From: Hormiphora californensis
Lineage: Eukaryota > Animalia > Ctenophora
DNA length: 64,000 nt
NCBI GenBank assembly: GCA_020137815.1
Contig: CM035355.1
Span: forward strand, 1,798,001-1,862,000
Direction of reading: 5' to 3'
The notes beneath the pieces are model-generated. The model saw only the letters and a program-made list of their open reading frames with translations. It had not been told where the DNA came from and ran no database searches. Position numbers and translations under genes: made by a program. Shown here piece after piece: positions 13,053 to 27,200 of this stretch (position 1 is the first letter of the stretch; each line of letters opens with the position of its first letter).

Positions 13053-15853
13053 CTATCCCCTGTCCTTTTTCCTCTTATGAGATCTGCCATCCCAGGAATT
13101 CCTGTGATCGTGGGGCCTCCTGTTCTTCTCATAACACCTCTGAAAAGCATCCTTATCACTTTTCCGGTAGTGCTTCTGCTTCACTTTCTTGGTCTTGCCC
13201 CGGTCCAAATCCTCATCGTATGTGTCACGTTCTCTTTTGTTGTTACCGTTCCAACTGGAGGATTTATTTTCAAATGTTTTAGAACTACCCCCATCCCAAC
13301 TCTTGATGGTTGACCGAACTGAGAGTTTTTCAAACACATCCTGAACATTCCTTGGCTTCTTCTCTTGTTGTTTAGAGTTCGTAGGAGACTTGATAGAGTC
13401 AAATACGTTTTTAGGCTTACTACTACTACTGCTGCCACCGTCCTTCTTTTTGACAGTAAGGACAGGCTGTGCATTAGGTTTGTGTCCCGACCCGTCACTA
13501 TCTGAATCCTGATAGGTCGATTTAAGAATGTCCAGGGATGATAGAGAGCTGGTACAACTAATAACAGGGCTCTCAGTCTTAGCGCCATTAGTTACACCAT
13601 TAGAATGTCCATTGACTGGCTTTGAGGCTGATTTACCATTGGGTAATAACGGCCCAATAAACTTCTTCTCTTCACTGGGTTGTTTGGGCTGTTTGGATGA
13701 GAGATATGGGTTTTGTATTAATTTGTTGCTGGAACCGTTACTGATGGTGAACTTGAGGCCCGGTCTGCCACTGTTGAGGCCCGGTCTGCCACTGTTTAGA
13801 CCCTTGCTTGTAGAGGGGGAGGAAGAAGAAAAGAAGGGATTTGTTTCCAGCAGCTTGGGCTTGTGTCCTGAAATAGAAATGAGCTATATTATTTGGAGTC
13901 GTCCTACACCTGTCTGGCGCCGCCGACCCAATCTGAGCGCACTGAGAATCAAATGGGGGTATGGCGCCGCCAGACAGTCCAACACTGTGTACGAACAAAT
14001 GCAATTGAAATGTTTTTTGTAGTAGATTCAAAGTCAAAGGAGAGAGATCTCACCGTTCGTTACTCCATTAGTATGTCCATTAGTAGATGAAACTGCATGC
14101 CCATTTGATGGTCCTGGTCCCTTTCCTTCATCCTGTGAAAGTTAGAAAGGTGTTAGCTTCGCGCCACTTTTGCTTTCTACCTCATCTCATTTCACCCACG
14201 TGGTGTGTGTTAGCTTGTAAACGCGCCCCTTCCCCCCTCGCACAAGTGAGTGCCTTGCGGTGTTTGCTTTGTACAGAGTGTGGGAGACCGCGCGTTACAT
14301 ACCTCTCCATTCCTAACGTAAAACAGAAGATACGCTTCTGAGTTGAGGACCCTGTTGAGACCGACTGTGCTGACACTGGTATCGTTCATACAGTGCCACG
14401 CCCCTGGGGGAGAGAGAGAGATTAATTAGGGGCAATTAATTAGTTTATCGAACCAATTAGCTAATTAACGGGTGGCATGTCCCATTTAACAGTTGACACT
14501 TGACAGATGTGTAAATCACGCGATACTAGCGTGTCACTAGATTTAACTGCCAAATGCCAATCCTGCCCTAACCTGTCTAATGACAGTATAATAAGGGGCC
14601 TGCCAGTATACCTGTATGGGACTTGACGTAACAGTAGTAGTGTCCACAGTTGGCAGATGATCCAGAGTGAACCAGTACCCCATACAGTGTGTATCTTGTA
14701 CCACCCTGACCTGCCTGTGTGTGATGGGGGGAGGAATGTTAAATATAGTTTGATTTTAGATTGTAGTCGTATCTTAGAAAGATAGAGAAAGATAAGTCGT
14801 GGGTTATTACTGCAGAGACGAACGAAGGTCCCAGGTGGGAATCTGAGCTAGTTTTGGCTGAGAGCCAATTCGTAAATCCAGGTGGGCAGACCGGAAAGAG
14901 AGCTCTCTCACTCGCACACACACACACACACACTCTCTCAATCTCTCTGTATTTGAGTATCAAACGTTCTCTTATCTCAGCTCTCTCACTCGGCCGCATA
15001 TGAGAGAGACTTGTAATTCTATGTTCCCGCTTTTTCTCACATTTCATCGCACACATATCCCGCCAGGCCAGGTCTCTTACAACATGTTTTCACTGTTCAG
15101 GAGTGGTAGATGTAAACACAGGGATGATATCTCTTACCTTCTGTTTAGTCCATTGTGATATATCAAGTTTGTCAGGATATCTGATAATGTTCTTCAGCTT
15201 GCCAATAAAGTTACCAAACTGGAACCGCTTTAAATGTAACACTAGTACATTGGGCGTGTCTTGTATTCGAAACTGTTTTGTTGCTATCACTGGCCTCTTA
15301 CACCTGAAATTATATAGAAGTCAGTATTTGGTGAGAACTGAGAGATATCTGGCAGCTCTCCCACTCTATTCATTTATCTCTTTTTCAGGGAGAGGGGAAT
15401 AGAGACACTCTCTCACTCTCTCCCTGAAAAGTGATATTTTATGCGATAGATCAATGTGTCACATACAGCATATGCAGCAGCTTTGTATCTTGAGATACTC
15501 ATGTAAAAGAGCGGGAAGAAAAGGGAGGCAAAAAACTACAAATAGAGATCACCAATTAGTGCTAAAATCTTGGTTATATACCACCGATTAATGCTAATCA
15601 CTAATCCGTGTTAAATGTTCCTTACTTTTCACATTTGTAGGAGTTGGCACCGCTCAGGATCTCCTTCTTACAAAGTTTACCGAACGATTGTTGTACACTC
15701 TCGCTGTGCTGAAATAACAACAATGTGTTAGAAAGAGAATGGACTTTGGGAGTCATTTCACTCTTATTATCACTATATAGAATCTCTCTCTTTCTCTCTT
15801 TCTCTCTCTTCCTCTTTCTCTCTTCCTCTCTCTCGCTCTCTATATTATCAATC

Positions 15854-15898
<45 letters not shown>

Positions 15899-18800
15899 GC
15901 CAACTACCAGTCACATACACGGAGTATGTGTTAGCTATTTCCTGATAACCGATAATTTGGCACTCATCCAATACACTTCCTGTACTACACTTGTTCATTC
16001 TATCTCCCCGCTAGTATGAAGTCTTATACACAGTCCTTGCAGTCTCATGTGTGTTCAGGGGCCCGAGGTGATGATGTGTCATGTGTATACATGAAATTGT
16101 ATGAAACTAGAGGCCATGTGTAACATTGCAATTTGATCCCCCACTCCCACCATTCAAACCCAAAAGCCGAAATCCCAACGCTCACTCCCTAATGAAAACA
16201 ACAAATTCTACTGCATCCACACTTGGCTGGTTCACAAACCACACAGACGTGACCACACAACCAGTTGGTGAACCTAGAACTGCAGTGCAAGTATGAACTC
16301 ACCCTGACTGATTGTGGTTTTCGAACCACATCATCAGGTTATTAGGGGGGGGGGGTGGTATTTTAACTCACCCTGACATCGAGACTGAGGGCGAGGAATG
16401 TTTCGGGTGTGTTACTCTGATTACTGCATTGACTGCACGTTACAGTGGAAACTAGTCGGCCACCGAACACTGCGTGAACTGGTGTCGTGTCCTTCCTACA
16501 ATTCTCACTCCTGAAGGGAAGATGTTAATAAGGGTAGTCCTGGAGGGAGGGGTTAGTTACGCTCCAGTTGCAGATTGGAGGCTGGCGCCAGTTTCTGGCG
16601 CAAGCTGGGAGAGTCCCTGTGTGCGCGAAATCTTCGTTGACTAGCAGGGTTTTCGATGTGATTTGCATCTAGAGTGGCGCGCACGGCAGTGTCAGCAGGG
16701 GCCTGCACCATTGTAACTAACTTCGGTCGCAAAATCTCTAACTGGACCCTAATGGTAGTCCTGGAGGGAGGGGGTTAGTAATGGGTAGTCCTGGAGGGAG
16801 GGGGTTAGTAATGGGTAGTCCTGAAGGGAGGGGGTTAGTAATGGGTAGTACTGGATTGGGGGGTCGTACGTGGGACTGGGGAGAGAGGAGAGAAAAAGTC
16901 ATCGAATTGGAATAAGGCCAAAAATAGGATAAGTATCCATTATTCTAGGAAGAAAAGAGGACGCCAGTGGAGAGCAGAGAGATTGAGGAAGAAATAAATA
17001 TATCTGAGAACCAAATATGGTAGCGACTACTAAAGGGATAAAAGACTAAGTGGGTGAATGACGTTGTCGAGAGCGATTACAAAACTACAGAAAATCAAGT
17101 ACAACCTTGCATCGTACGAGACATTCTGAACAAGTCAAGTACTGCCCTTAAAAGAACCGTAATACATACCAATCAACCCTCTAAATTAACAACTCAATTT
17201 CTTACTTACCTTACTCAACCCTCTCTTATAAAGGAGCACAACACAATAACTTACTTGCCAGCTGACTGCAGAAACTGTTGTATCATTCTATCTCTGAGGT
17301 GAACTAAAAACTCGTGTGCATCCTCCTGACGACCAAAGTTGAAATGTTTTGCTATCACTGAAGGGGCAAGTTGTTTAGTCTAGCACCCTGTATTAATTAC
17401 TAATTAATTACTAATTAATTAATGAGTGACAAAACAATATTGGAAATAGTAAAAACCTACTTTTAAGGTTGTGTATAAAAGCAGAGGGTCGACAGGGGCC
17501 CCTGTTAGGTATGTGAACTGTGTCGTAGAGAGAGGAGAGACTGCAAGCAACACAGAAACCATTCGTCCGGCCTGAGGAGAGAGAGAGGGGGGATTAGTTA
17601 TGATGTGATGTGATAAAGAAGATGAATCCAACCATTCAAAACTAAACAACTATTACATTTACATATCCAATTTATCAAAACTAATGTCTAAACAAAAACA
17701 ATTTTCCAATCTAAATGTTAGATTTCTAAATTCCACAGAATGACACTCACAGTGCTTGGCATGGTCCTTCTGCAGGTAGTTAATTAAAGGGGGTGTATAA
17801 AGTAGACACTGTAGTGTGCTGTTTAAATAACATGTGTTAGCTGGGTTAACAAGTCCACAACCAATATTTCTCTTCTGCCTCCATTTCAGTTCAACCTTGT
17901 TCCTGCAGTAATACTCTCCTTGTGTACTACCGTTACTACTGCACCTGTAAACAAGACACAGTGTTGGAAAACTGCCAAAAGATAGTGGCCACTCACTGTG
18001 TCGTGACAATGTGAGAAACAAGGCTTGGTAACATAATCAACACGTACATGAAACTGAGACCCCAGACGCAGCAATCACAAACAAGTTTTTAAGTTTTTAA
18101 GTTTACAAACAAACAAATGAAACTGAACCATATCAACAAGAACTAACCAGGCTAACTTACTTCTGTCCGTTTTGAGTTGAGCTGCTACCGTTAACAGGGG
18201 TATACTTCGTTCTGAGCTGCTCCATAAAATTGTCCTTACACTTTGGTTCTACAAATTCGATCCTGTACGACAACGTGATAGGGGGATCAGATGGTAGAGA
18301 GATATAGGAATGTGTTTAGTAAGAACTAGTAGGCCCGTTCGCCCTACGGGCGAATTTCGGGGAAATGGTAGCTGGATTAGGGAACGCTGACATCACCTGC
18401 ACCATCCGTTCCTAGCCTATCTCTCACTTTCTCCCTATACTACGTTGTTTTACGCTATGTTGTTGTACGCTCTGGGCTTCCTGACAATGTCAAGGTGCGA
18501 ATTTAAGAAATCAATGTCAGGGAGGTACAGTGCTGTTCCAGAAACTCATCACGTGAAAACTTGGCCGCTATGTAGCCAATTCGGAGATTTCTATATTCGA
18601 TTGGAGTAATCACCCTTGGGCGACGTTGGGTAAAGCGGGGGTAAAGCTATCAGTAGTCGTTGATTGGCTCGCTTGAACACGTTGGCGTAATCTGTCATAT
18701 TCTCTAGCCTGCTCCCTGACAGCAGCAGATCTTCCGGACCCAGATGACCGTTGCCGAATAGCGCTTGGGGTTGAAGAGTTAGACACCAGGACAAAAGTAA

Positions 18801-19047
18801 AAGAATCCACGTGCAGAATTGAATTTCCCTTAGTATACCCAAAATTGCAACTGGGAGTGAGGTTTCTAAGTTGCTCTAATAATTGCACGTGCAGGTGTAG
18901 TTGCTAGGTGATGTAGCACTGACAATTTGAATAGTAAGTAGTATGATGGGAGCTAGACCTTTCGCTGAGGAGCCGAGATGGGGCAAACTTCTCGAGGACT
19001 GAGGAGGGTCCAAGAAGGTTGAACAGTGCAGAGTCGATACTCGGCAT
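13053..19047 (-). CDS. USP36: Ubiquitin carboxyl-terminal hydrolase 36/42-like
   Basis: Cys box GCGLVNPANTCYLNSTLQCLLYTPPLINYL, QEDAHEFL, VLVLHLKRF and His box VHSGSSANCGHYYCYV; N-terminal YRIEFVEP; basic C-terminus DTYDEDLDRGKTKKVK typical of USP36. Confidence 0.88.
16560..16749. mobile_element. Possible MITE in a USP36 intron
   Basis: Imperfect terminal inverted repeats (CGCTCCAGTTGCAGATT / AATCTCTAACTGGACCC) flanked by TTA/TAA. Confidence 0.4.
18326..18354 (-). mobile_element. Helitron-type 3' terminus (hairpin + CTAG); extent of the element not determined
   Basis: Minus strand reads TTCGCCC-GTA-GGGCGAA hairpin, 8 nt, then CTAG|T. Confidence 0.45.
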
Positions 19048-19365
19048 CTCAATGAGATCTGTTCATCCTAATAGAAATAGGTTATAGCACTATTCAGTTG
19101 TTAAAATAGAGGGATAAAGTTTTCAGAGGTGGTGGCAGCCGGCCTACACCAAAGTTCGGGCGGTCGAGCCAAGTCTGGCGTCTGCATTTCAAGATGTGAA
19201 TTGATATTGCAAACATATGCCGGCTATGGGCTCTCAAATACAATCCTAGAGCTAGCGGTTAGAGAATTAGCGTCGCGGACACAACGGGTTGAAAAGGCAA
19301 ACACCACGATTTTAAAGTTTTTGAAAAACGTGGCCGAGACCGGTTTTAAAAATGGAAAACGTTAA

Positions 19366-19858
19366 AATCTGGGTGCCTTTCATTGCTAACAATTCGTAGT
19401 TTTAGCGCGCGCGACGGGTTAGGGCTATCCGTTAGGGTCTGGTTAGGGTTTGGTTTGGGGTTATCGGTTAGGGCTATCGATTCTCTATCAGTTACCGTTT
19501 AGTTTACTCAAATTGGCCATGTGGTTGCGTGGCTATAAAGTCCATTTTTTTTCAACTGTTCACCTTGGCCTATGCTACAGGCCTATGCTACAGGCCCTTA
19601 AAGCCGTGGAAAACGCGCGCACTTGGGGTCTGCAGCGCATGCCAACTGTTCACCCAAAAACTGAAATTTAAAAAAAATTAGAATTTTTGTGGCGCGCGCT
19701 ATACGTTAACATGTGATAAACGCGCAAAACAATTCCGCGCACGACTTTGGGGGGTGAACAGTTGAAAAAAAATGGAGTATAGCCGTTTGAAAAAAGTCGG
19801 TCTAAGTATACTCTTTTGGCAGCGCGCACCTGTAAACACGCTGCAAGGCACCCAGATT
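19366..19858. mobile_element. MITE with 14-bp TIRs and degenerate TTAGGG-like repeats, containing a nested MITE at 19531-19784
   Basis: Outer TIR AATCTGGGTGCCTT / AAGGCACCCAGATT; inner TIR GGCTATA..TCCATTTTTTTTCAACTGTTCACC / GGTGAACAGTTGAAAAAAAATGGAGTATAGCC. Confidence 0.7.
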
Positions 19859-20140
19859 ATAATCGCGCCCTTTAAAAATCATGACCAGATTTGAGTTTGA
19901 ATCATCAAACGCGCATAAGTAATGCAGATACTGCGCGGCGTTTTATTTGCGCGTACCTAATTTTGGTCAAATTAATTAAACGTCCTCTTTGGTTTTAAGT
20001 AACAAGAAATCAGAATAAGAACAAGTATCAAACCCACATACACACTGAACCAGCAGGCAAACAGACGAAACAAAAACAGAGATAAACGAAGCTAATAATA
20101 TCGCTCCTTTTTTCAAAATCGAAAATCATTGTCTCTCTTT

Positions 20141-23100
20141 TTACATAATGAAAGGAATCATGGCCTTCCTTCCCTTGGGGTATTTCTCGAACTCCTTTTT
20201 GTAGTTCTTGTGCTTTCCAAGGGCCCACTGCAACATCTGGCCACCACCAACAACAGCAAACAAGGCAGCTGAAACATGATGGAATATTAAAAAACTGACA
20301 TACGATAATTCTGTTTGGCTGTCTGTCTCTCACTTTGTTTCTCACTTTGTCTGTCTGTCTGTCTTTCTCTCTCTACAGCTCTGGACATACCGTAAAATAC
20401 ACATGTGAAGATAGCGAACCCAATCCAACTGATAACTTCATAGGTATAGTTAGGGCAGGATACCAGGTTGAATAGAAGAGTGAAGGGGTTGGAGTTGGGC
20501 ATTGGGATAACCCTGGTCTTAGTGCCGGGTGGTCTCATATTCTTGAAGGCAATGTGACAAGAGAGGTTTCCTAGCTCACCAAACTGTGGAGGGGGAAGAG
20601 GGAGTTAGCATTTAGAGTAGAATTACCTAGCAATAGCTGTGGGGGGAGGAGAGAGTTAGCAATAGCATTTATATAATCAGAATGAGACTTGAGAAACGGT
20701 AAAATACACTGAACAACTTACCAAGTATGTTCCTAGGCCAATGTACAAACACGTGTTGCACCCTGAAATGAGTGTTAGTGTGACTAAGTAAAGACAACAA
20801 CTGACAAAGTAAAGACAACAAACTGACAAAGCAAGGACTCTGCAGAGCGGTATCCGTGGACTGAAAGCGGAATGCTGCGCACTCTCTACTTTCATTACAA
20901 CGTGCAGCGCGCGGGCCGTCCCAGAATGCTGCTCGAGATCTACTGAACTCTGCTCTGAGAAACAACCTGTCAGGAGACAAAGCAGAGACAAGATGACATA
21001 CCAGCTGGGGTGTATAGAGGGTGGTTGACAAAGTAGGAGATAAAAGCAGAGAAACCCCAGTAGTAACTGCAGTTCTTAAACAGATTCCCGATGGGCATCG
21101 TAGCTTTACTGAATCGGTGGATAAATATAGTCTCTAGAACCCTCTTGACATAGTGACCAACATACATGGCACAGGCAATACTGAAATGGGAGGGTTGAAT
21201 TAGAGAGTTTTAGAATGAGCATGACACTATGAAGTAGGCAACTCATTTGTATAATTAACTAATTAATTAATTAATTGTAGTAGGGGGTTGCCTTACTTCT
21301 GAATTTGAGTGGTTGGCTGGGTAGCACCATAGATGGGTCCCCTTGCGAGGTAGAATATCAGATATGTAAAGATGGGTCCGATATACTCAGCTAGGAAGAC
21401 AGTACTCCAACCAATTTGGGTTCCTGGAGAATTAGGGAACAATTAGGGAACAATTAGGGAACAATTAGGGAACAATTCGGGACCAGTTAGGGAACAACTA
21501 TACTAAAGAACACAACTTATATGTTCGCAAAAGGCAAGCTTCCCCTCGTCCGACCCGAAGGCCATCTCTCTCTCAAAATTTGCATGGCTCTAAGTAATTA
21601 ATTAATTAATTTTGACTATTCCCACTTTCTGTAGATTATATGTTTTATGCATGAAGAACATTCCTAGAAAGTTTCAAGTCGATATTTTAAGCAGAACGGA
21701 AAATATAATTTAGTGCAGGCGCAAACAAAATGGTGCAAGGGCACATGTTCAGGGGAAATTTGCACAAATTGTGCAGGGGCAAATTTTAATTAATTTGCCT
21801 ATAATTAATTACCTAATTGATATAGTAATCATACGGCTCTTCTAGTACTCGTAGTTATGCTACTAGAACATGCATAGAAAGTTTCGTGTCAAAATATTAA
21901 ACGGTGTGGACACAGTTCGATCATAAAATTGGTGCAAGGGCTGCCCTTGCACCATTTGCCCTTGCACATTGCCTGCCCTTGCACCAAATTCCATTTTTTG
22001 CACGGCTCTAACTAACTAATTAATTAATTTTGACTATTCCCACTTTTCGAACATCATCTTTTATGATTGAAGAACATTCCTACAAAGTTTCAAGTCGATA
22101 TTTTAAGCAGAACGGAAAATAGAATTTGGTGCAAGGGCGCGGTGCAAGGGACATAACACGCAATGTGCAGGGGCACGGTGCCCTTGCACCATTTTTAATT
22201 ACCTATAATTAATTAATTAATTAAAAATTCAAAAATCCGCCAACGTCATGACACAAAGGAATACTACAAGAACATGCCTACAAAATTTCAAGTCGATATC
22301 TCAAACGGTGTGGCCACAATCGTTGACATGTTTTTTGCCCCCCCCCCCCCCCCCAAAAAAAGACCTTTCTTTGTTCTTAATAGGGCCGGCATTTTTGGGT
22401 TTTTGTGCAGGGGCAAAAAATTTTTTTCCTTTTTTTCGTTTTTTTGCTGTTTTCTTCGGGTCGGAGGTGCCTGCCGGCACCTAAATTAGTTATGAAGGGT
22501 AATGGCAAATGTTAATATATCTTGTCTCGCTTACCAAGATCTTTGAAGTAGAGTACTGAACCATCACAGAAAGTTTCAAAGTCCCCAATTTTAGCATCCT
22601 CAGACAGTGCTTTGTCCTTCAAAGACAATTTGTACATCATTCTTGTTGGGTACAGGTAGGACTCTGTAGGGGGGGGGGGGTTAGAGAGGGAGGTGGGAAG
22701 TTTGTGTTGATGCTCAGTCACAGTTTGCTGTGCACATTTCTGTGACCAAGACTGAATAGTCTGGAAACAGCACTGATAGTAAGAAAAGTTATTATATCCC
22801 AGTGGCCCACACCTACTCTGTTTGATGTGCATCTTCTTGATGTCCATGATGGAGGTATCTTTAGTGACCTCCAGAGAGAGGAGCGTCTTACCCGACCTCC
22901 CATCAGCGATATCAATCTGGGGGGGGGGGGCTTTAGTTAGCATATTATATATCAATCTAGGGGGAGGGGGTTAGTTAGGATACTATTTATCAGAGCTGGG
23001 GGAGGGGGCTTTAGTTAGAATACAAAGAGTACGTAGTACAAACTTTATCACGGCTTAGTGAGGAAATGGGGAGCACGTTTCCAAATAGCGATAGAGCAAA

Positions 23101-23228
23101 TCCCGTTTCAAAACCCAAGGCCAAGAGAGGTAATATTTCCAACCAGCGAGAGGAAATTTAGCAGTAGTGCAAATCCCGTTTCAAATATTTTATAGAGCTA
23201 TATTTTATTGGCAATATCTTACCTTCAT
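20141..23228 (-). CDS. TECR: Very-long-chain enoyl-CoA reductase (trans-2,3-enoyl-CoA reductase)
   Basis: N-terminal ubiquitin-like domain ending LYFKDLG; [15 protein letters not shown]; [33 protein letters not shown]; VSCPNYTYE; C-terminus [23 protein letters not shown]. Confidence 0.93.
21520..22487. mobile_element. Non-autonomous Helentron/DINE-like element in a TECR intron
   Basis: 12-bp subterminal inverted repeats TCCGACCCGAAG (21549) / CTTCGGGTCGGA (22454), an adjacent hairpin GGTGCC-TGCC-GGCACC, and internal tandem/inverted GTGCAAGGGC subrepeats. Confidence 0.55.
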
Positions 23229-23555
23229 AATGTCTGCTGGTTCAGAGAGAGAGAGGGCTACAACAAAAGGGCTAGCTACAAGGAGAGAAAGGGATTAGTG
23301 TACATTGTGTCTCAATATTGCTGCACTGGTATTACACCCCCACGCACCTCAAGTAGTACAATATACTTGTAGTACTTCTGACACACATCCCACCCACGCA
23401 TTGTTTACCTATTACCGACTCCAGTAGTAGTGAAACAGCGGTAATTACTTTTTACAGATCTCGAGAGAGAGGCAATAAGTTACGAAAGGGACATGTGATC
23501 TAGTCGATATACAAAACACAACTCTAAACTCAATATTTGAACATGTAGTGTCTCT

Positions 23556-23941
23556 CTAGGCGATAATCTTCTTCAGCAGAGCGTTTACCTGGAGAAAAGA
23601 GAGATAGGATTAGAGGTGGAATATTATATTAGCATGTATTAAAATGGATCCCTCATACCAACATTAAGATTAAGGTTCAAATCTAAAACCACTAACCACC
23701 CCGACCCTGCGGCCAGCCCCCATCTCCCCGTTCAACTCACGGGCTCAGTTTTGGCGTATTTGGGTGCCCCTCCAGCAGTCTGGTTGACCAGTGTGTCCCT
23801 AATAACGAGCTGAGTCCACTTGTGTCGTGCTGCAAAGGTAGCACCACCAATAGCGGTACACATGACAATGTATCCAAACATGGACTTCTTTTTAAAGTGC
23901 TCCTTAGCCGCATCCTTGTCGCCTCCGCCGTGTCCTCCCAT
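23556..23941 (-). CDS. Small 77-aa single-pass membrane protein of unknown function (exons 23941-23741, 23588-23556)
   Basis: MGGHGGGDKDAAKEHFKKKSMFGYIVMCTAIGGATFAARHKWTQLVIRDTLVNQTAGGAPKYAKTEP|VNALLKKIIA*; clean phase-0 GT-AG intron; one hydrophobic segment. Confidence 0.65.
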
Positions 23942-24212
23942 TATATACTATGAGATGCTATAATGAGATGTGGGGTTAGTGTTGGTATGATATAGTGGGA
24001 TGGGGTTAGTTGGTTGGGGTTAAGGGTAAAGGGAGGTTGCTACATGCTGAGCTGTGATTGGGGAAATGGGGGTCTAAGTGTTTAGTGTTAGGGAGGTTTA
24101 AGGGAAAGCTCGGAAGGACAACAGTAAAACAAAACCTTGTGTTTCTTAAAAAAGCAAGTGGGGAGGTTGAATAAAACAGAATAAAATATTTGAAAATAAG
24201 GGAGGGAGTTGT

Positions 24213-27200
24213 TTAGTAGGATCGGTTATATTGCTGCTGTTGTTGGGGATACCACTGTTGTTGATGTTGGTTGTATCCACCCTGTAAGATAACATGTGTG
24301 TTAGGGGAGCTGGGATATACATACCAATTTACTTTACTATGAAGTAACACTAAACAGGAAAATAAGCACATTTAGCTTAGGTGTAAACTCGCCCCTAATC
24401 ACTAATAATCATGGGAAATTAGGGCTGCTAAATACTCACATGATATCCACCACCTCCTTGGTTGTGTCCACCGTAGTGTTGTTTGTTGTTGTAGTTACCC
24501 CCGTATTGTCTTCCACCTCCCATCTTGTTGTTACCTCCCATCTTCTTGTTGTTGTCCTTCCTGAGAGAGGGAGAGAGGTAGAGTTAGTTAGAGGGGGGGG
24601 GGGGGGGAGTTAGTAACGAATGGAGGTTCAGTAGTAGAGGGCCTAATGGTTAGTATAGAGGAGAAGTTATGAGGAGGATATGATGCGTGTTAGAAACACA
24701 TTCACATCTTACATTGGTTCAATTCGTTTCTTCTCTGCTGGTTTCCAGTTCTTGACGTGATCCTCATATGCAATAATGATGGCCTCAATGCTGTCACTGT
24801 GCTCCTCCAGGAACGTCAATCGACGGTGGGAGAACACTGATTTAACGAGATAATTAATAAGATAATTAACGAGGACACAGCAAATGAAGTGGCTGTCAAC
24901 AGAGGGAAATCCAGGTTTGTAGGGAGCTATGTGACAACTCGTCCCTGTATATAGGGTCCAGGTTTCCGGGACTGAAATGAGTTCTAAAGGGTCCAGGGCG
25001 GGGACTGAAAAGAGTTCTAACCTGCTTTTTCCTCAGCGGAAAGTTTTGATTCCAGTGCCTTTTGGAATATCGTCACAGCAGTTGTTACATCAACATTGCT
25101 CTGTGCTTTGTAGTTCTGCATATCCAACAGTTTAGCGTACAATCTCATGCTATTCTGACTGGCCTCAACCTCTGCCTCTAGCAGCTCCTGACCTAGCTGA
25201 GGTTGGTCAAGTACAAACTGGGTGTAGTTGAGGTACTTCAGGGTCCAGAAATCCCGTGTTGAGCCCTTACTGGCTCCAACCGCCGCTTTGAGAATATCAG
25301 CACCCTGCTGTTTATTACCACACCGCCTGAAAGTGGGGTGTTAGGGAAATAAAATTCACCTGTTACAACGGGTAAAATTAGCAAGATAACCTCCCGCCTA
25401 GCCTGGAGGTTAGTTAACCGAAAAAAAGGGGGGGGGTTCCTTTGTTGACGGGGTTATAAGAAAAGGAGGACAGTTGACCAGCAATAATCCCCCCTCCCCA
25501 ACAATAACATACCTTTCCAGACCTGCCCTCCTCAAGATGACAGCAATTAGACCGGGCATGTTAGTATCAATATGTGCCAGTGCTTCCCGCGCTACAGCTA
25601 CCTGACCTAGTGGAGGAACGTTAGCATGGTAAACACACTGCGTTATCTCTGTGTTATATCTCTGCGCTAACTAAATTATATTGCGTTATATCCCAATTTT
25701 CTGATAATTTGAACCATGTTTCCCAATTATCTACCTCTCTGTTCCTCAAAAGCAGCCCAGTTCAGATGAACCTGGGGTTTCTTGGGTAAATGGGTCATAC
25801 ACGCCCTCCTGTAGATTTTACCAGTCTCTTCCACATCGATATCCCTCATAAACTCAGCGTACTATGGGAGATCTGTTGTTAGAGGACATGTATTGAAACC
25901 GGTCATTGCATTATCAATTCTGATCTAGAATCTAGATACAGCATAAAACAAGTGTGGAGCCGATTGGATGGGGGGGGGGGGGGAGTGATCAACCTGCCGA
26001 TTGGGGGAGGGCGGGGGTGATCACCCTGCCGATTTGGGTGTCATAATTGTTCCTACCTTGATCCAAAAACTCTCATATAGCGCACATGCAATGAGACACC
26101 TCTCAAACAGAGTGACAGTTTTAGCGTTATTCTTCTTTGCCATCACATGATCCAGATAGTTCTTCCAGTTCTTCAACTGAACCCTGAAGAGAGGAGTGTT
26201 GTCAACTTTGTTGCGGCTTTTGGAAACTTTCCAGAGACAGCTAGGAAGTTCCTAAACACTACTACCGGATAGTAGGGATAGGTTAGAGCATGCCGGATAT
26301 ATCCTTACTTCTCAGAGCAACAATTTACCTTTCTAGTTCCTTGACGTGGAAGTATGGCCTCTTGATACCATCCTCAAAGCTCTGTACCTCCTCAATTTCT
26401 CCCAGAACTCTCTCATGTATTGGTGCCATATCCAGCAACATCTGCTCTCTCACCGCTGCCTCCTGTTTAGTTGTCAGATCTTCATAACTCTCGGGTAGGG
26501 GCTCTGTTGGTGGTTTGGGGGCGGGTTCCTCCTCCTCTTTCTCTTCTACAGCTGGAGGTGCTGCCTCCTCTTCACCAGGAGGGGGAGCTTCACTTGTCTC
26601 CATGTTCTCTGCAGGGGTCTCTGTAGTGGTCTCCATACTCTCAGCAGGGGTTTCTGTAGGGGTCTCCTCAACACCAGGGGTAGGGGCCTCAGCAGGGACC
26701 TCACTCTGATCACCCTCACCCATAGTCTCCTCTGTAGGCTGTTCTGTAGGTAACCCAGCTGCTAGAGCTACTGCCTGGGCTGTTGCCGCTGCCTCTGCTG
26801 CTGCAGCTGCTTCTGCCGCTTTCCTCGCTCTTTCCTCGTCCTCTTTCAGCTTCTTTTCTGTCTCAATCCGCCTCTTCTCAGCCTCAGCCTGGTGAATGGT
26901 GAGCAGGTCCTTGATGTCCTCTAGACTCACCATGTCCTTTACAGGGGTAAAGAATATCCACTCACGGAACCTGGGGGAGGGGAATCAGAGTCAGCAAATT
27001 GGCAATATATTCACTATTCAGGTTGAAGTAACACGGAAACAAAAACAACTGTTTCACTCTGCTTACTTGTCAAAGTGATGTTGATGTCTCTGTACGACAC
27101 ACCCCAGGAATGTCTTATACAGTTTGAACACCCTGTACCCATCAGTCTGTTTCTCCCACTCAACATAAGCCTCCCAGATCTTATCTGACCGGAAATCCTC

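Noticed and set aside
19415-19480. Telomere remnant (TTAGGG-like)
   Set aside because: Only a few degenerate units, located inside a MITE.
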